A DNA stretch of 64,000 nucleotides, taken from assembly GCA_963739455.1 (NCBI GenBank), contig CAVUAK010000002.1:1-64000 (forward strand), in the 5' to 3' direction. Below are positions 23,212-33,887 of the stretch, in pieces. A program made the translations under genes and the position numbers. Every line of letters starts with the position of its first letter. Within the stretch, counting starts at the first letter, position 1. The stretch is from an uncultured Gemmatimonadales bacterium. GTDB lineage: Bacteria; Gemmatimonadota; Gemmatimonadetes; Gemmatimonadales; GWC2-71-9. Below the pieces are notes generated by a model. That model ran no database searches. It saw only the letters and a list, made by a program, of their open reading frames with translations, and was not told where the DNA came from.

Positions 23212-23297
23212 GTTTGCGGTCCCCGGTCGGGCGGGCGATATTTGGACCGCTGCGTGCACAGGTTAGGTCTGTTCCCAACTCTGGAGTTGCAAGCGTA

Positions 23298-24721
23298 ATG
23301 ACGAAGCCCTTGATGGTCTCGGCGTTCCTGATGGCGGTCAGTGCCATGCCTGCGGGCGCGCAGACGAACGATGCGGTCGCGAAGGCCATGTTCGACCAGG
23401 CCGGCGGGAAGTACAGGCCACCCGCCTGTTCCGCGGACAAGGGCAAGCAGTTCAACGTGTCCAGCGGCTACACCTACCTCAAGTCGGCCATCGAGTCGAA
23501 GTCCGACCCGAAGGGCTTGCTCGCATCTGGCAATCGCGTCATCACCGAGGCGATCAAGGTGGACGGCCAGGACAAGTCCACGTCGGCGTGGTACGGGCTG
23601 GGCTGGATCGACCTCTTCCAGGGTGACGTGGCCGGTGCCGACACGGCACTCGCCCGGGCCGAGAAGCTCGGACCCGACTGCAAGGAGGAAATCGATCGGC
23701 TGCGTCGCATCGCCTTTGTGCCGATTGCCAATTCGGGCGTCAGCGCGCTGCAGGACGGTGACACCACCGCCGCAGTGAAGTACCTGCAGCAGGCGCACCA
23801 GCTGCGGCCCTCGTCGGCGTTCCCGCCGTACTACCTCGGCGTCATCTACGCCGATCGCAACCAGTCCGACAGCGCCATCGCCTATTTCGCCAAGGTCGCC
23901 GCCGGCACGTCGACCGACTCGAACGACGTGAAGCTTCGCGATCGGGCGCTCTATGCTGAAGCCGCCCTGATGATCAACAACGGCAAGTCGGCCGAGGCAA
24001 TTCCCGTTGCTGGAACAGTATCTCAAGGCCGTTCCCGAGCGACGCGGCCGCGCAGAAGGCGCTGGCCCGCGCGTACCGCGCCACTGGCCAGACCGAGAAG
24101 GCGCAGGCACTCGACGCCGCGACCGGAACCACCTCGGCTGCAGGCCCGACGGCCAACACCGACCTCGCCCAGGCGACGAAGCTCTACAATGAGAAGGACT
24201 ACGCCGGCGCGTCAGCGCTGCTCGGCAAGATTCTCGCTGCCGAGCCGACCAACGTGAGCGCGCTTCAGGCGCAGGCCAACAGCTTCCTCGCGCTCAAGGA
24301 CGGACCGCAGTTGGCCGCCTCCGCCGGCAAGCTCGTGGCGGCCGAGCCGCTCAACCAGGACGCGCTTCGGCTCCAGCGCGCCGGCTACCAGCTGAACAAG
24401 CAGCCGAAGGAAGCCAACGCGGTTGCTGAGCAGATCCTCGGCCTGCCGGCCAAGGTTACCGTTACCGAGCTCACGCTGAAGGCGGCGAGTGCCACGCTGG
24501 GTGGCACCGCGACCGGACTCCAGGCCATGGACGCGAAGACCGGAAAGGTGCTGACCCCTCCGGCGTTCACGTTGGTGTTCGAGATGCTCGACAAGTCCGG
24601 CAAGACGGTCACGACGCAGGAAGTCGCCTTCGAGCCCCTGGCCCCCGATGCCACGAAGGACTTCAGCTTCGAGGCGAAGGGCGAGGGGATCAGCAGCTAC
24701 CGGTACACGGTGAAGAAATAG
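23298..24721 (+). CDS. Exported TPR-repeat protein; apparent frameshift near 24005
   Basis: Signal peptide ending AGA-Q, TPR-like helices, beta-rich C-terminal domain. Confidence 0.75.
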
Positions 24722-25624
24722 GTGCCAGGGCTTACCACCACCCGCGCGCCGTTCATCGAGCAGGCGCAGGCGAACGGTGAGCTGTACATCCATCAGCCGT
24801 ACGAGTTGTACAGCGACGCCAACCATGAGGCCTGGCGACAGCTCTACCAGCGCATGGAAGACCGCTGGCAACGGTATGCCAATCCCCGGTTTCTCGAGGG
24901 GATTGGCAGCCTCTGCCTTGATCCCACGCGGGTGCCACGGCTGGAGGACGTCAACAAGTTCCTCAGCCCGCTCACGGGGTTCAAGGCAAAGGCCGTCAGC
25001 GGCTACGTGCCGCCGTTCCTTTTCTTCGACAGCCTGCGCAACCGGGAGTTTCCCACCACCATCACGATCCGCGATGCCGGCCAGCTCGATTACCTGCCGG
25101 AGCCGGACATCTTCCACGACATCGCCGGTCACGTCCCGATGCACACCGATCGGGCCTTTGCCGACACGCTGGTGCGCTTCGGTGACTGCGCCCATACGGC
25201 GGCCGAGATCGTGGCAGGAATTTCCGACGAGCGCGAGAAGCTGCGCCGAATGACCAGCATCTACAAGGCGATGGCGCGCTTCTTCTGGTTCACCATCGAG
25301 TTCGGGCTCATGAAGAGCGCCAACGGCCTCAAGGTGTACGGCAGCGGCCTGCTCAGCTCCTATGGCGAGATTGCCCACGCCATCGACTCGGCGGAGGTGC
25401 AGCGGTATCCCGTTCAGCTCGAGTGGGTCATCAACCAGTACTTCGAGATCGACAGCTACCAGCCGCTGCTGTTTGTGGTAGACTCGTTCGATCACCTGTT
25501 CTCGCTGGTGGACCAGCTCGAGCGGATGATGCGCTCCGGCAAGCTCGATAACGTGGCGGGTGGCGAGCCGGAGGTCAGCGAGGCCGACCTGACGAGTTTC
25601 CTGGTGGCTGCGGGCGGGAAGTGA
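24722..25624 (+). CDS. phhA: Phenylalanine 4-monooxygenase-like pterin-dependent aromatic amino acid hydroxylase
   Basis: 'YLPEPDIFHDIAGHVP', 'FWFTIEFGL', 'YGSGLLSSYGE', 'YQPL'. Confidence 0.9.
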   Translation: MPGLTTTRAPFIEQAQANGELYIHQPYELYSDANHEAWRQLYQRMEDRWQRYANPRFLEGIGSLCLDPTRVPRLEDVNKFLSPLTGFKAKAVSGYVPPFLFFDSLRNREFPTTITIRDAGQLDYLPEPDIFHDIAGHVPMHTDRAFADTLVRFGDCAHTAAEIVAGISDEREKLRRMTSIYKAMARFFWFTIEFGLMKSANGLKVYGSGLLSSYGEIAHAIDSAEVQRYPVQLEWVINQYFEIDSYQPLLFVVDSFDHLFSLVDQLERMMRSGKLDNVAGGEPEVSEADLTSFLVAAGGK

Positions 25625-25668
25625 CGGGATTCCCGCTCCCGGGCGTTCACGTTAGTTTTGGGTCAACT

Positions 25669-25741
25669 GCGGGTGTAGCTCAGTTGGTAGAGCATCAGCT
25701 TCCCAAGCTGAGGGTCGCGGGTTCGAACCCCGTCGCCCGCT
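25669..25741 (+). tRNA. tRNA-Gly (CCC); CCA not encoded
   Basis: GCGGGTG acceptor, TAGCTCAGTTGGTAGAGC D-arm, TCAGC-TTCCCAA-GCTGA anticodon arm, GTTCGAA T-loop. Confidence 0.97.
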
Positions 25742-25742
25742 T

Positions 25743-25777
25743 GAAGGCCGGTCGCCTTGCGACCGGCCTTCGTATTT
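25743..25777 (+). terminator. Intrinsic terminator after tRNA-Gly
   Basis: GAAGGCCGGTCGC-CTT-GCGACCGGCCTTC then GTATTT. Confidence 0.75.
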
Positions 25778-25811
25778 CCCCCCAATCCGGCCCTGCGCCG
25801 ACGGCCTGACC

Positions 25812-27584
25812 ATGGAGCTCCAGCCCCTCGACTGGTTCATCGTCGTGCTGTCCATCGTCATCTCCTTCATCCCGGCCATTGTGCTCGCCCGGCGCGCCGG
25901 GTCGAGTACCGCGGAGTTCTTCACCTCCGGGCGCGCCGCTCCCTGGTGGCTCATCGGCGTCTCGATGGTCGCCACCACCTTCAGCACCGACACGCCGAAC
26001 CTGGTGACCAACCTCGTTCGCGAGAACGGCGTGTCCGCCAACTGGGCCTGGTGGGCCTTCCTGCTCACCGGCATGCTGACGGTGTTCTTCTACGCCCGCC
26101 TCTGGCGCAGGTCCGGCGTCCTCACCGACCTCGAGTTCTACGAACTGCGCTACGCCGGCGGCCCCGCCTCCTTCGTGCGCGGCTTCCGCGCCATCTATCT
26201 CGGCCTCTTCTTCAACGCCGTGATCATGGCCACGGTGAACCTTGCCGCGGCCAAGATCGCCAACGTCGTGCTCGGATGGCCGATGTGGCAGACGCTGGTG
26301 ATCTGCGCCTTCCTGAACATCGCGTTCGCGGCGACGTCGGGGCTCTGGGGCGTGCTGGTCACCGACTTCATCCAGTTCGGCATCGCGATGGGTGGATCGT
26401 TTGCCGCCGCGTACTACTCCCTCAAGCAGCCCGAGGTCGGCGGACTGGCTGGCCTGGTATCGCGCCTCGATCCGAAGACGCTGTCGCTGCTGCCGGATTT
26501 CGGGGACTGGGGACTGACGCTCTCGGTGCTCATCATCCCGATCACGGTGCAGTGGTGGTCGGTGTGGTATCCTGGGTCCGAGCCGGGCGGCGGCAGCTAC
26601 GTCGCCCAGCGAATGCTCGCCGCGAAGTCCGAGCGCGATGCCCTCGCCGGCACGCTGTTCTTCAACGTGGCGAACTACGCCCTGCGGTCCTGGCCCTGGA
26701 TCATCACTGCCCTCGCGTCGCTCCTCGTCTTCCCGACGCTCGAGGATATCCACCGCACTTTCCCCTACGTCGATCCGAAACTCCTCGGCCATGACATGGC
26801 ATACTCCGCCATGCTCAAGTTCCTGCCGCACGGAATGCTTGGGTTGATGGTGGCCGGCATGCTCGCCGCCTACGTCTCCACGCTGTCGACACACCTCAAC
26901 TGGGGCACTTCGTACCTGGTGCACGACTTCTATCGCCGGTTCCTGCGGAAGGACGCCAGCGAGAAGCACTATGTCGCGGTGGGACGGCTGGTCACCGGCC
27001 TGCTCATGATCGTCGCGGCCGGGCTCACCTTCGTGCTCGACTCGGCACGGCAGGCGTTCGACCTGATGCTGTCGGTCGGGGCGGGAACGGGGCTGATCTA
27101 CCTGTTGCGCTGGTTCTGGTGGCGTATCAACGCCTGGAGCGAGATCGCCGCGATGGTGAGCTCATTTGTCGTGTCGGCGGGATTCTTCATTGCCGCGAAG
27201 AATGGGCACGGCGTTCCATCGCATGTGTCGTTACTGGCGACGGTCGCCTCGACGACTGTCGTGTGGCTGGTGGTCACCTATCTCACGAAGCCAACTGACG
27301 CGGCGACCTTGGAGGGGTTCTATCGCCGGGTTCGGCCCGCCGGCCCGGGCTGGGCCAGCGTGCGTGCCGCGACAGGCCTGGGCCCCTCGCCCGACAGTCT
27401 TTCGCAGGCGATGCTTGGCTGGGTACTCGGAGTTCTCTTCGTGTACTCGGCGCTCTTCGGCACTGGCAGCATTCTCTACGGGAAGTGGCCTCAAGCCTCT
27501 CTTTGGATCGTGGTGTTCGTTGCAACCGGTATCTGGCTCGCGCGCTTGCTGCCTCGGCTATGGGGTTCGAAGGTGCAGGGTTGA
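25812..27584 (+). CDS. Sodium:solute symporter (SSS) family transporter
   Basis: 'FFTSGRAAPWW..GVSMVATTFSTDTP', 'QRMLAAK', 'STLSTHLNWG'; many TM helices. Confidence 0.92.
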   Translation: MELQPLDWFIVVLSIVISFIPAIVLARRAGSSTAEFFTSGRAAPWWLIGVSMVATTFSTDTPNLVTNLVRENGVSANWAWWAFLLTGMLTVFFYARLWRRSGVLTDLEFYELRYAGGPASFVRGFRAIYLGLFFNAVIMATVNLAAAKIANVVLGWPMWQTLVICAFLNIAFAATSGLWGVLVTDFIQFGIAMGGSFAAAYYSLKQPEVGGLAGLVSRLDPKTLSLLPDFGDWGLTLSVLIIPITVQWWSVWYPGSEPGGGSYVAQRMLAAKSERDALAGTLFFNVANYALRSWPWIITALASLLVFPTLEDIHRTFPYVDPKLLGHDMAYSAMLKFLPHGMLGLMVAGMLAAYVSTLSTHLNWGTSYLVHDFYRRFLRKDASEKHYVAVGRLVTGLLMIVAAGLTFVLDSARQAFDLMLSVGAGTGLIYLLRWFWWRINAWSEIAAMVSSFVVSAGFFIAAKNGHGVPSHVSLLATVASTTVVWLVVTYLTKPTDAATLEGFYRRVRPAGPGWASVRAATGLGPSPDSLSQAMLGWVLGVLFVYSALFGTGSILYGKWPQASLWIVVFVATGIWLARLLPRLWGSKVQG

Positions 27585-27641
27585 GAGTTCAGGGTTCACG
27601 ACAGAATCAACTCTGAACCCGTGAACCCTCAACGCTGAACC
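27576..27641. repeat. Heptamer-based inverted repeat between convergent genes
   Basis: CAGGGTT GAGAGTT CAGGGTT ... AACTCTG AACCCGTG AACCCTC AACGCTG. Confidence 0.75.
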
Positions 27642-28699
27642 ATTCCCCCGAACTCGCTGCTCCGCTCCTCCAGCGACCCCAGCAACGCCAGCTGCGCCCG
27701 CGCCCGTTCCAGGTTGTGCTCCCGGTGTGAAGTCGCGAAGTACGTGTCGCCCTCCAGGTAGTCCGTGAGGAAGCGGATCGCCTGTTCCCAGGTGATCACG
27801 CGCCCTGCCGGTTCCAGCAGGCTGCGTTCCAATGGCGTCAGCAGGCCGCCCGTACCCGCCATGTAGCCATCCAGCAGTGCCGCAAACAATTCCGGCTCCG
27901 CCACGACCTGGTCAAGGTCGGTTGAGTCCTCGGCGGCCCGGCTGACGCTCGAGCGCACCAGGTCGCCGAAGTCGAACAGGGGCGACCCAGGCATCACCGT
28001 GTCGAGGTCGATCACCATTGTCGCGAGGCCACTGCCAGCATCAAAGAGCACGTTGGCGATCTTGGCATCGTTGTGCGCCACCCGCGTGGGAAGCGCGCCC
28101 GAGTGGAGCGGCGCTGTCAGCAGTGGTGCCAGCATCCGGTACCGGAGCGCGAGCGCGATCTCCTCGCGCGCGCGGTCGACCCGCCCTCGCACGTCCTTCG
28201 CAATTGCCAGCTCGAGCCGGGCGAGCCGCGACGGCGTGTCATGGAAGCCGGGGATCGTATCGACCAGCAGCGTGGTATCGAGCGACGTTGCGAGTCGCGC
28301 GAACGCGCCGAAGGCCCGGCCCGCCTCCCGCGCATCCAGTGCGCTCGCAACCCGGGCCGTGCTGCGCAGACCTGGCATCACTTCCCAGCAGCGCCACAAC
28401 TCCCCATCCGCGTCGTGGACCCAGCCGCCGCCATCAAGTGTTCGAAGCAGCGTCGGCAGGGCAACGTCTGCCGCCTGTCCCGCCGCACCGTTGAGCACTG
28501 CCTCGATGTTCCGCATCACCAGCTCGGGTGACGGGAACACCGCCTTGTTCACCTGCTGCAGTAACCAGCGCGGCACATCGATGCCATCGGCAATCAGGAA
28601 CGATGCATTGATGTGACCGCCACGGGCCGGGACGATCCGGGCATCGTCCAGCGTTATCCATCGTCCCAGTACACGGGCCGCCGCGCTAACGTCGGTCAT
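27629..28699 (-). CDS. APH/choline-kinase-fold phosphotransferase (N-acetylhexosamine 1-kinase-like)
   Basis: 'GHINAS', 'TIPGFHDTP', 'HNDAKIANVLFD', 'IDLDTVMPG', 'DFGDLVRS'. Confidence 0.85.
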   Translation of the reverse strand: MTDVSAAARVLGRWITLDDARIVPARGGHINASFLIADGIDVPRWLLQQVNKAVFPSPELVMRNIEAVLNGAAGQAADVALPTLLRTLDGGGWVHDADGELWRCWEVMPGLRSTARVASALDAREAGRAFGAFARLATSLDTTLLVDTIPGFHDTPSRLARLELAIAKDVRGRVDRAREEIALALRYRMLAPLLTAPLHSGALPTRVAHNDAKIANVLFDAGSGLATMVIDLDTVMPGSPLFDFGDLVRSSVSRAAEDSTDLDQVVAEPELFAALLDGYMAGTGGLLTPLERSLLEPAGRVITWEQAIRFLTDYLEGDTYFATSHREHNLERARAQLALLGSLEERSSEFGGMVQR

Positions 28700-29593
28700 G
28701 GCCAGAGCGGGGCAGGGTATTCGCCGCGCGCTGCCAGCGCCGCGAGGTGCTCGCGCACCGTTGCCGCGTCTTCAGGGAACGTGACTCCGCACCATGCCGA
28801 GTCTGCGGGTAGCACCTGCACATGCCGACCTCGTCCGATCGCCTCGGCGATGGCCTCGGGCAGGTAGTACTCGTCGCGAGCCAGGTCTGCCGACGTGAGG
28901 AATGCCGAGAAGGCCTCCTCGATCACGTCGAAGATTTCCGGGGTCAGGCCCCACATGTTCATCGACACCACTGCGTCACCCGGGATGATGCGTTGCCCCG
29001 GGGCGCCCCCACGCAGGATGCCGTCCTCCTCGTGGATCCCACGCACCTCGTCGAGCTCCAGCAGACGGCCGTCATCCGCGATGCGACAGACCGCTCGATT
29101 GACCGGGCCCGACGGCGACAGCGTATCCCGGAGGGCAAACCCGGCGAGATGCCATGCCGGGTCCCGCCCCTCGTCGTTCCGCCGCGCTTCCACGAGGGCA
29201 CGATAGGGCTGTGCGCCATAGAAGTCGTCGCCGTTCACCACGATGAACGGGCCCGTCACCACCTCGCGCACTGATCGGATCGCATGCGCAGTGCCCCAGG
29301 GGCGGGTCCTGCCATTTGGCAGGGCAGTACCGGGGGGGACGTCGTCGAGCCGCTGGGCCACCGCCGTCAGGTGAACCGACCCGCCATAGCGCCGCTGCAG
29401 GGCCGGAATGGCGCCGATTGATTCCGGACGCACGATGAGCACGACCCGATCCACCCCGGCACGCGAAGCGTCGAAAATGGCGTAGTCCATGAGCGTCTCG
29501 CCCCGGGGACCAAGCGCCGTGAATTGCTTGTCGCCACCGAAGCGGGAGCCCATGCCGGCCGCCAGCACCACGAGTGTTGGAGCGATCGCTCAA
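28696..29593 (-). CDS. Sugar-phosphate nucleotidyltransferase; start uncertain (likely TTG 29593 with an apparent frameshift)
   Basis: 'LAAGMGSRFGGDKQ', 'PWGTAHA', 'NGDDFYG', 'SMNMWG'; GGAGG near putative start. Confidence 0.88.
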
Positions 29594-29653
29594 CCTCCCC
29601 GGAAAATGCTTCTTAACAACCTTGAGGCGTGCATGTGGAAGCTCTTGTGCAAC

Positions 29654-29688
29654 TTGCATTTACGCAAGGAGCATAGCATCTTGACGCC
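29654..29688 (+). promoter_or_regulatory. Putative sigma70 promoter (leaderless) for the DUF512-der operon
   Basis: TTGCAT-17 nt-CATCTT-6 nt-ATG(29689). Confidence 0.45.
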
Positions 29689-30967
29689 ATGATTCGCGTT
29701 ACTGCCGTGGAGCCCGGAACCATCGGCGCCGAACTGGGGCTGGAACCGGGGAGCGAACTCCTCAGCGTCAACGGGCGGGAGCTCGATGATTTCCTCGATT
29801 GGGAGTACCTCACCGCCGAGGAAAGCTTCATCCTCCACGTGCGGCAGCCGGGGGGCGAGGAAGTGCGAGTTCGATATCGAGCGCCCGCTCGAGGAGCCGA
29901 TGGGCCTGGGCCTCGAGCCGCCGCGTATCCGCCGTTGCGCCAATCGCTGCGACTTCTGCTTCGTGGACGGGAACCCGCAGGGCCTGCGCGATGTGCTCTA
30001 CATTCGCGACGACGACTATCGCCTCAGCTTCCGCTACGGCAACTTCGCGACCCTCACGAACCTGAAGCCGTGGGACGTGGCGCGGATCATCGAGTATCGC
30101 CTGTCACCGCTCTACGTGTCCGTGCATGCGACTGACCCGGTGCTCCGCCGCTACCTGCTCCGCAACCCGACCGCGCCCGAGATCATCCCGCAGTTGCGCC
30201 AGTTCGCCGACCATGGCATCGAGTTCCACACCCAGATCGTGATGTCGCCCGGGGTGAATGACGGTGCGGTGCTGGAGCAGACGCTCAGGGATCTCTACGA
30301 GTTCGGCCCCCACGTGCTGGGTTGCTCGGTGGTGCCGGTGGGCCTCACGGAATACAGCAAGCACAAGCTGGTGCGCGAGCCGACGACGGCCGAGTGCGCG
30401 GCGGCCATCGACGTCATCGAGGCACGGGCGGAGATCGCCCGGCGCGAACGGGGCGTCACCTGGGCCTTCGGTGCCGACGAGATGTACGTGCGGGCCGGCG
30501 TTGAGCTGCCGCCGGCATCGCTCTACGATGGCTTCGAGCAGGTGGAGAATGGTGTCGGCGCGGTGCGCTGGCTGCAGCGGCAGATCGCCAGCGAAGCCGA
30601 GTCGCTTGGCGGTTGGCGCGGCAAGCGTGTTGGCGTCGTCACCGGCACTGCGATGGCGCCGCTGCTGCCACAGGTCATCGCGCCGCTCACCGACATCACC
30701 GGCGCACGCTTCGAGCTGATCCCGGTCGAGAACACGCTCTTCGGCACCACCGTCACGACCGCCGGCCTCATCCCCGGCTCCGCGATGCGTGATGCGCTGC
30801 GCGAGCGCGGCGACCTCGACCTGGTGCTCCTGCCCTATGAGTCCGTGAACGACGACGGGCTCTTCATCGACAATCTCGCGATCGATGAATTGGTCGCATC
30901 GCTCCCCGTCGAAGTCCGGCTCTCCCGCGACTTCGTCGATGCACTTGCCCTGGAGGTCAGCGCGTGA
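29689..30967 (+). CDS. PDZ + radical-SAM-like DUF512 protein; apparent frameshift near 29865
   Basis: PDZ-like N-terminus, CxxxCxxC 'CANRCDFC', 'DDDYRLSF', 'SPLYVSVHAT', 'QVENGVG'. Confidence 0.9.
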
Positions 30968-32283
30968 GTCAGCCCACTGTGGCCATTGTCGGCCGCCCCA
31001 ACGTGGGAAAGTCCACGCTGTTCAACCGCATCCAGGGTGGCCGGAAGGCGATCGTGTCCGCCGAGGCGGGCACCACTCGCGACCGTCACTTCGGCGAGGG
31101 CGAATGGAACGGCCGCAAGTTCTGGCTGGTGGACACCGGCGGTCTCGTCCCCGATTCGCACGCGCCCATGGACAAGGCCATCCGGCAGCAGGTGGAGACG
31201 GCGGTGGACGAAGCCGACCTCATCCTGTTCGTCGTCGATGGCAAGGCCGGCTTCCACCCGATCGATGGCGCCATCGCCGAGCGTCTGCGCAAGTCGAAGC
31301 GCCCGGTGCTCGTGGTGGTGAACAAGCTCGACAATCTCGAGACCGCCACCGCCCAGCACGATTTCTACAGCCTGGGACTGGGCGAGCCGCTCGGCACATC
31401 TGCCGGCGTCGGGAAGGGAAGCGGCGACGTCCTCGACAAGATCGTGGAGCTGCTGCCCGCCGGCGACGAGGAGTTCCCCGAGTCGATCAAGGTGGCGATG
31501 GTGGGGCGCCCGAATGCGGGCAAGTCTTCCATCATCAACAAGCTGCTGGGCGAGGATCGGCACGTGGTGGCCCCCGAGGCGGGAACCACGCGCGACTCCA
31601 TCGACTCGCACCTCGAGGAAGGCGGCAAGCACTTCACCTTCATCGATACCGCCGGGCTCCGCCGTCGTGCCAAGGTCAACGAGGATATCGAGTTCTATTC
31701 CACGCTCCGGACGGAGCGGGCCATCGAGCGGGCCAGCGTCTGCGTGCTGGTGGTCGATGCCAAGCTCGGCATGCACAACCAGGACCTGCGCATCGCCACC
31801 GAGGCCTGGGAGAAGGGCTGCGGGCTCATCATCCTGGTCAACAAGTGGGACCTGGTCGAGGACAAGGACACCAACACCGCGGCACGCGGCGAGAAGACGC
31901 TCATCGAGAAGGCGCCGTTCCTTGAATGGGTGCCGTTCCTCTACGTCTCTGCGATCACCGGCCAGCGCGTGCGCAAGCTGCTCGACCTCATCGGCGAAGT
32001 GTCCGAACAGCGCGAGAAGCGAATTCCCACCGCCGAGGTGAACAAGGTGCTGGGCGAGCTGACCGATCGGCTCTCGCCGCCGCAGAAGGCGGGCGATGAG
32101 GTGAAGCTGCTCTATGCGTCGCAGATCGGCACCGCACCACCCGAGTTCGCGATCGTGTCCAACCGGCCGCTCGATATTCACGAGAGCTACCTCCGCTACC
32201 TGCAGAGGGGGTTCCGCGAGGCCTGGTCGTTCAATGGCTCGCCCCTGCGGATCAAGTTCACCCTGCGGGGCGGCCGGCGGTGA
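30964..32283 (+). CDS. der: Ribosome biogenesis GTPase Der
   Basis: Two G domains (GRPNVGKS/DTGG/NKLD; GRPNAGKS/DTAG/NKWD), KH-like tail. Confidence 0.97.
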   Translation: MSQPTVAIVGRPNVGKSTLFNRIQGGRKAIVSAEAGTTRDRHFGEGEWNGRKFWLVDTGGLVPDSHAPMDKAIRQQVETAVDEADLILFVVDGKAGFHPIDGAIAERLRKSKRPVLVVVNKLDNLETATAQHDFYSLGLGEPLGTSAGVGKGSGDVLDKIVELLPAGDEEFPESIKVAMVGRPNAGKSSIINKLLGEDRHVVAPEAGTTRDSIDSHLEEGGKHFTFIDTAGLRRRAKVNEDIEFYSTLRTERAIERASVCVLVVDAKLGMHNQDLRIATEAWEKGCGLIILVNKWDLVEDKDTNTAARGEKTLIEKAPFLEWVPFLYVSAITGQRVRKLLDLIGEVSEQREKRIPTAEVNKVLGELTDRLSPPQKAGDEVKLLYASQIGTAPPEFAIVSNRPLDIHESYLRYLQRGFREAWSFNGSPLRIKFTLRGGRR

Positions 32284-32891
32284 ACTGGAGCGCGCTGCCC
32301 TGGTTTGCGCTCTCCTATCTCGTGGGAGCCATTCCGAGCAGCCTCATTGTGGGCAAGCTCTTCCGCGGCATCGACCTGCGTGAGCACGGCAGCCGGAATC
32401 TCGGTGCCACCAACGTCTACCGGGTGCTCGGCTGGAAGTACGCCGTGCCGGTGGCGATCCTCGACATCCTCAAGGGCACCATCCCGGTGCTTTTCTTTGC
32501 GCCCCGCGTGTCGCCCTCGCTCGTCACGGCATTGCTCATCGGCATCGCGGCCATCGTGGGCCATGTCTATTCCGTGTTTGCCGGATTCAAGGGCGGCAAG
32601 GGTGTGGCCACCGCGACCGGCGTCATGCTCGGCCTGACCCCGGCAGCCGTGGGCGTGGTGGCGCTCGCCTGGGTCCTGATCGTCTGGCTCACCGGATATG
32701 TCTCGCTTGCGAGCATCGTTGGCGCCGCCGGGCTCCCCTTCGCGGTGTACTTCATGTATCCGGGGCGCAGGGAAGTGGTCTGGATCGATGCACTGGTGGC
32801 GGCGGCGATCATCTGGTTCCACCGCGCCAACGTCAAGCGCCTGCTTGCCGGCACCGAGAATCGCTTCGGACACCGGGCGGAGACCTCCTGA
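32280..32891 (+). CDS. plsY: Glycerol-3-phosphate acyltransferase PlsY
   Basis: 'GSRNLGATN', 'DILKG', 'FKGGKGVAT', 'HRANVKRL..GTE'. Confidence 0.95.
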   Translation: MNWSALPWFALSYLVGAIPSSLIVGKLFRGIDLREHGSRNLGATNVYRVLGWKYAVPVAILDILKGTIPVLFFAPRVSPSLVTALLIGIAAIVGHVYSVFAGFKGGKGVATATGVMLGLTPAAVGVVALAWVLIVWLTGYVSLASIVGAAGLPFAVYFMYPGRREVVWIDALVAAAIIWFHRANVKRLLAGTENRFGHRAETS

Positions 32892-33887
32892 TGCGCATCG
32901 CCGTGCTGGGTGCCGGAAGCTGGGGCACGACGCTGGCCGACCTGCTGGCGCTCAAGGGCCAGGACGTCTGTCTCTGGGCCTACGAGACCGAGGTGGTCGC
33001 AGTCCATCAACAGCGCGCACGTGAACACCGTGTTCCTGGCCAACTCGCCGCTCGCGCCGTCACTGCGCGCGGTGGGCGACGCCGTCGAGGCGGTGAAGGG
33101 CGCGGAACTGATCGTCTCGGTAGCGCCGAGCCACGCCCTCCGCTCGGTGCTTCGTCGCGTGCAGGACAGCGTGCCGTTCGGCACCATCATCGCCAGCGCC
33201 ACGAAGGGACTGGAGACGGACACGCTGGCGCTCATGTCCGACGTCATCGCGGCTGAGTTGCCCCAGGCGCGTCTCGCGGTGCTCTCGGGGCCAAGCTTCG
33301 CGAAGGAGGTCTACGAGGGGCGCCCGACAGCCGTCGTGGCAAGCTCGGTCGATCCGGCCGTGGCCGAGGCGGTGCAGGAGGCATTTGCAACGCCGCGATT
33401 CCGCGTCTACACCAACTCCGATGTGGTGGGCGTCGAGCTGGGTGGCGCGCTCAAGAACGTCATCGCCATCGCGACCGGTGTGCTCGACGGGCTCGAGCTT
33501 GGCAACAACGCGCGCGCCGCGCTGCTCACGCGCGGCCTGGCGGAGATCACCCGCCTCGGTGTGGCGCACGGCGCCGACCCGCTCACCTTCGCCGGCCTCG
33601 CCGGAATGGGCGACCTCGTGCTCACCGCCACCGGCGACCTGAGCCGCAACCGCCAGCTCGGTATGGCGCTGGCGAAGGGCGAGACCTACGAGGCGTATCG
33701 CGCGCGGCATCGTACGGTGGCCGAGGGTGCCAACGCCGCCATGGCCGCCACCGCACTCGGAAAGCAGCTTGGTGTCGAACTCCCCATCTCGGCGGAAGTG
33801 TCTGCGGTCCTCTTCGAGGGCCAGTCGCCCGCCGAGGCCATTCGCAACCTGATGGAGCGCACGCTCAAGGCCGAACAATGGCGGTAA
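32891..33887 (+). CDS. gpsA: NAD(P)H-dependent glycerol-3-phosphate dehydrogenase; apparent frameshift near 33000
   Basis: 'GAGSWGT', 'SGPSFA', 'GGALKNVIAI', 'GLAGMGDL', 'SRN'. Confidence 0.93.

Noticed and set aside
27629..28699. Aminoglycoside resistance gene
   Set aside because: APH-like fold, but the motifs and pairing with a nucleotidyltransferase fit a sugar kinase.
29645..29660. Sigma-54 promoter at TTGC in the divergent intergenic region
   Set aside because: No GG at the -24 position. The short palindrome TGCAACTTGCA alone is insufficient.
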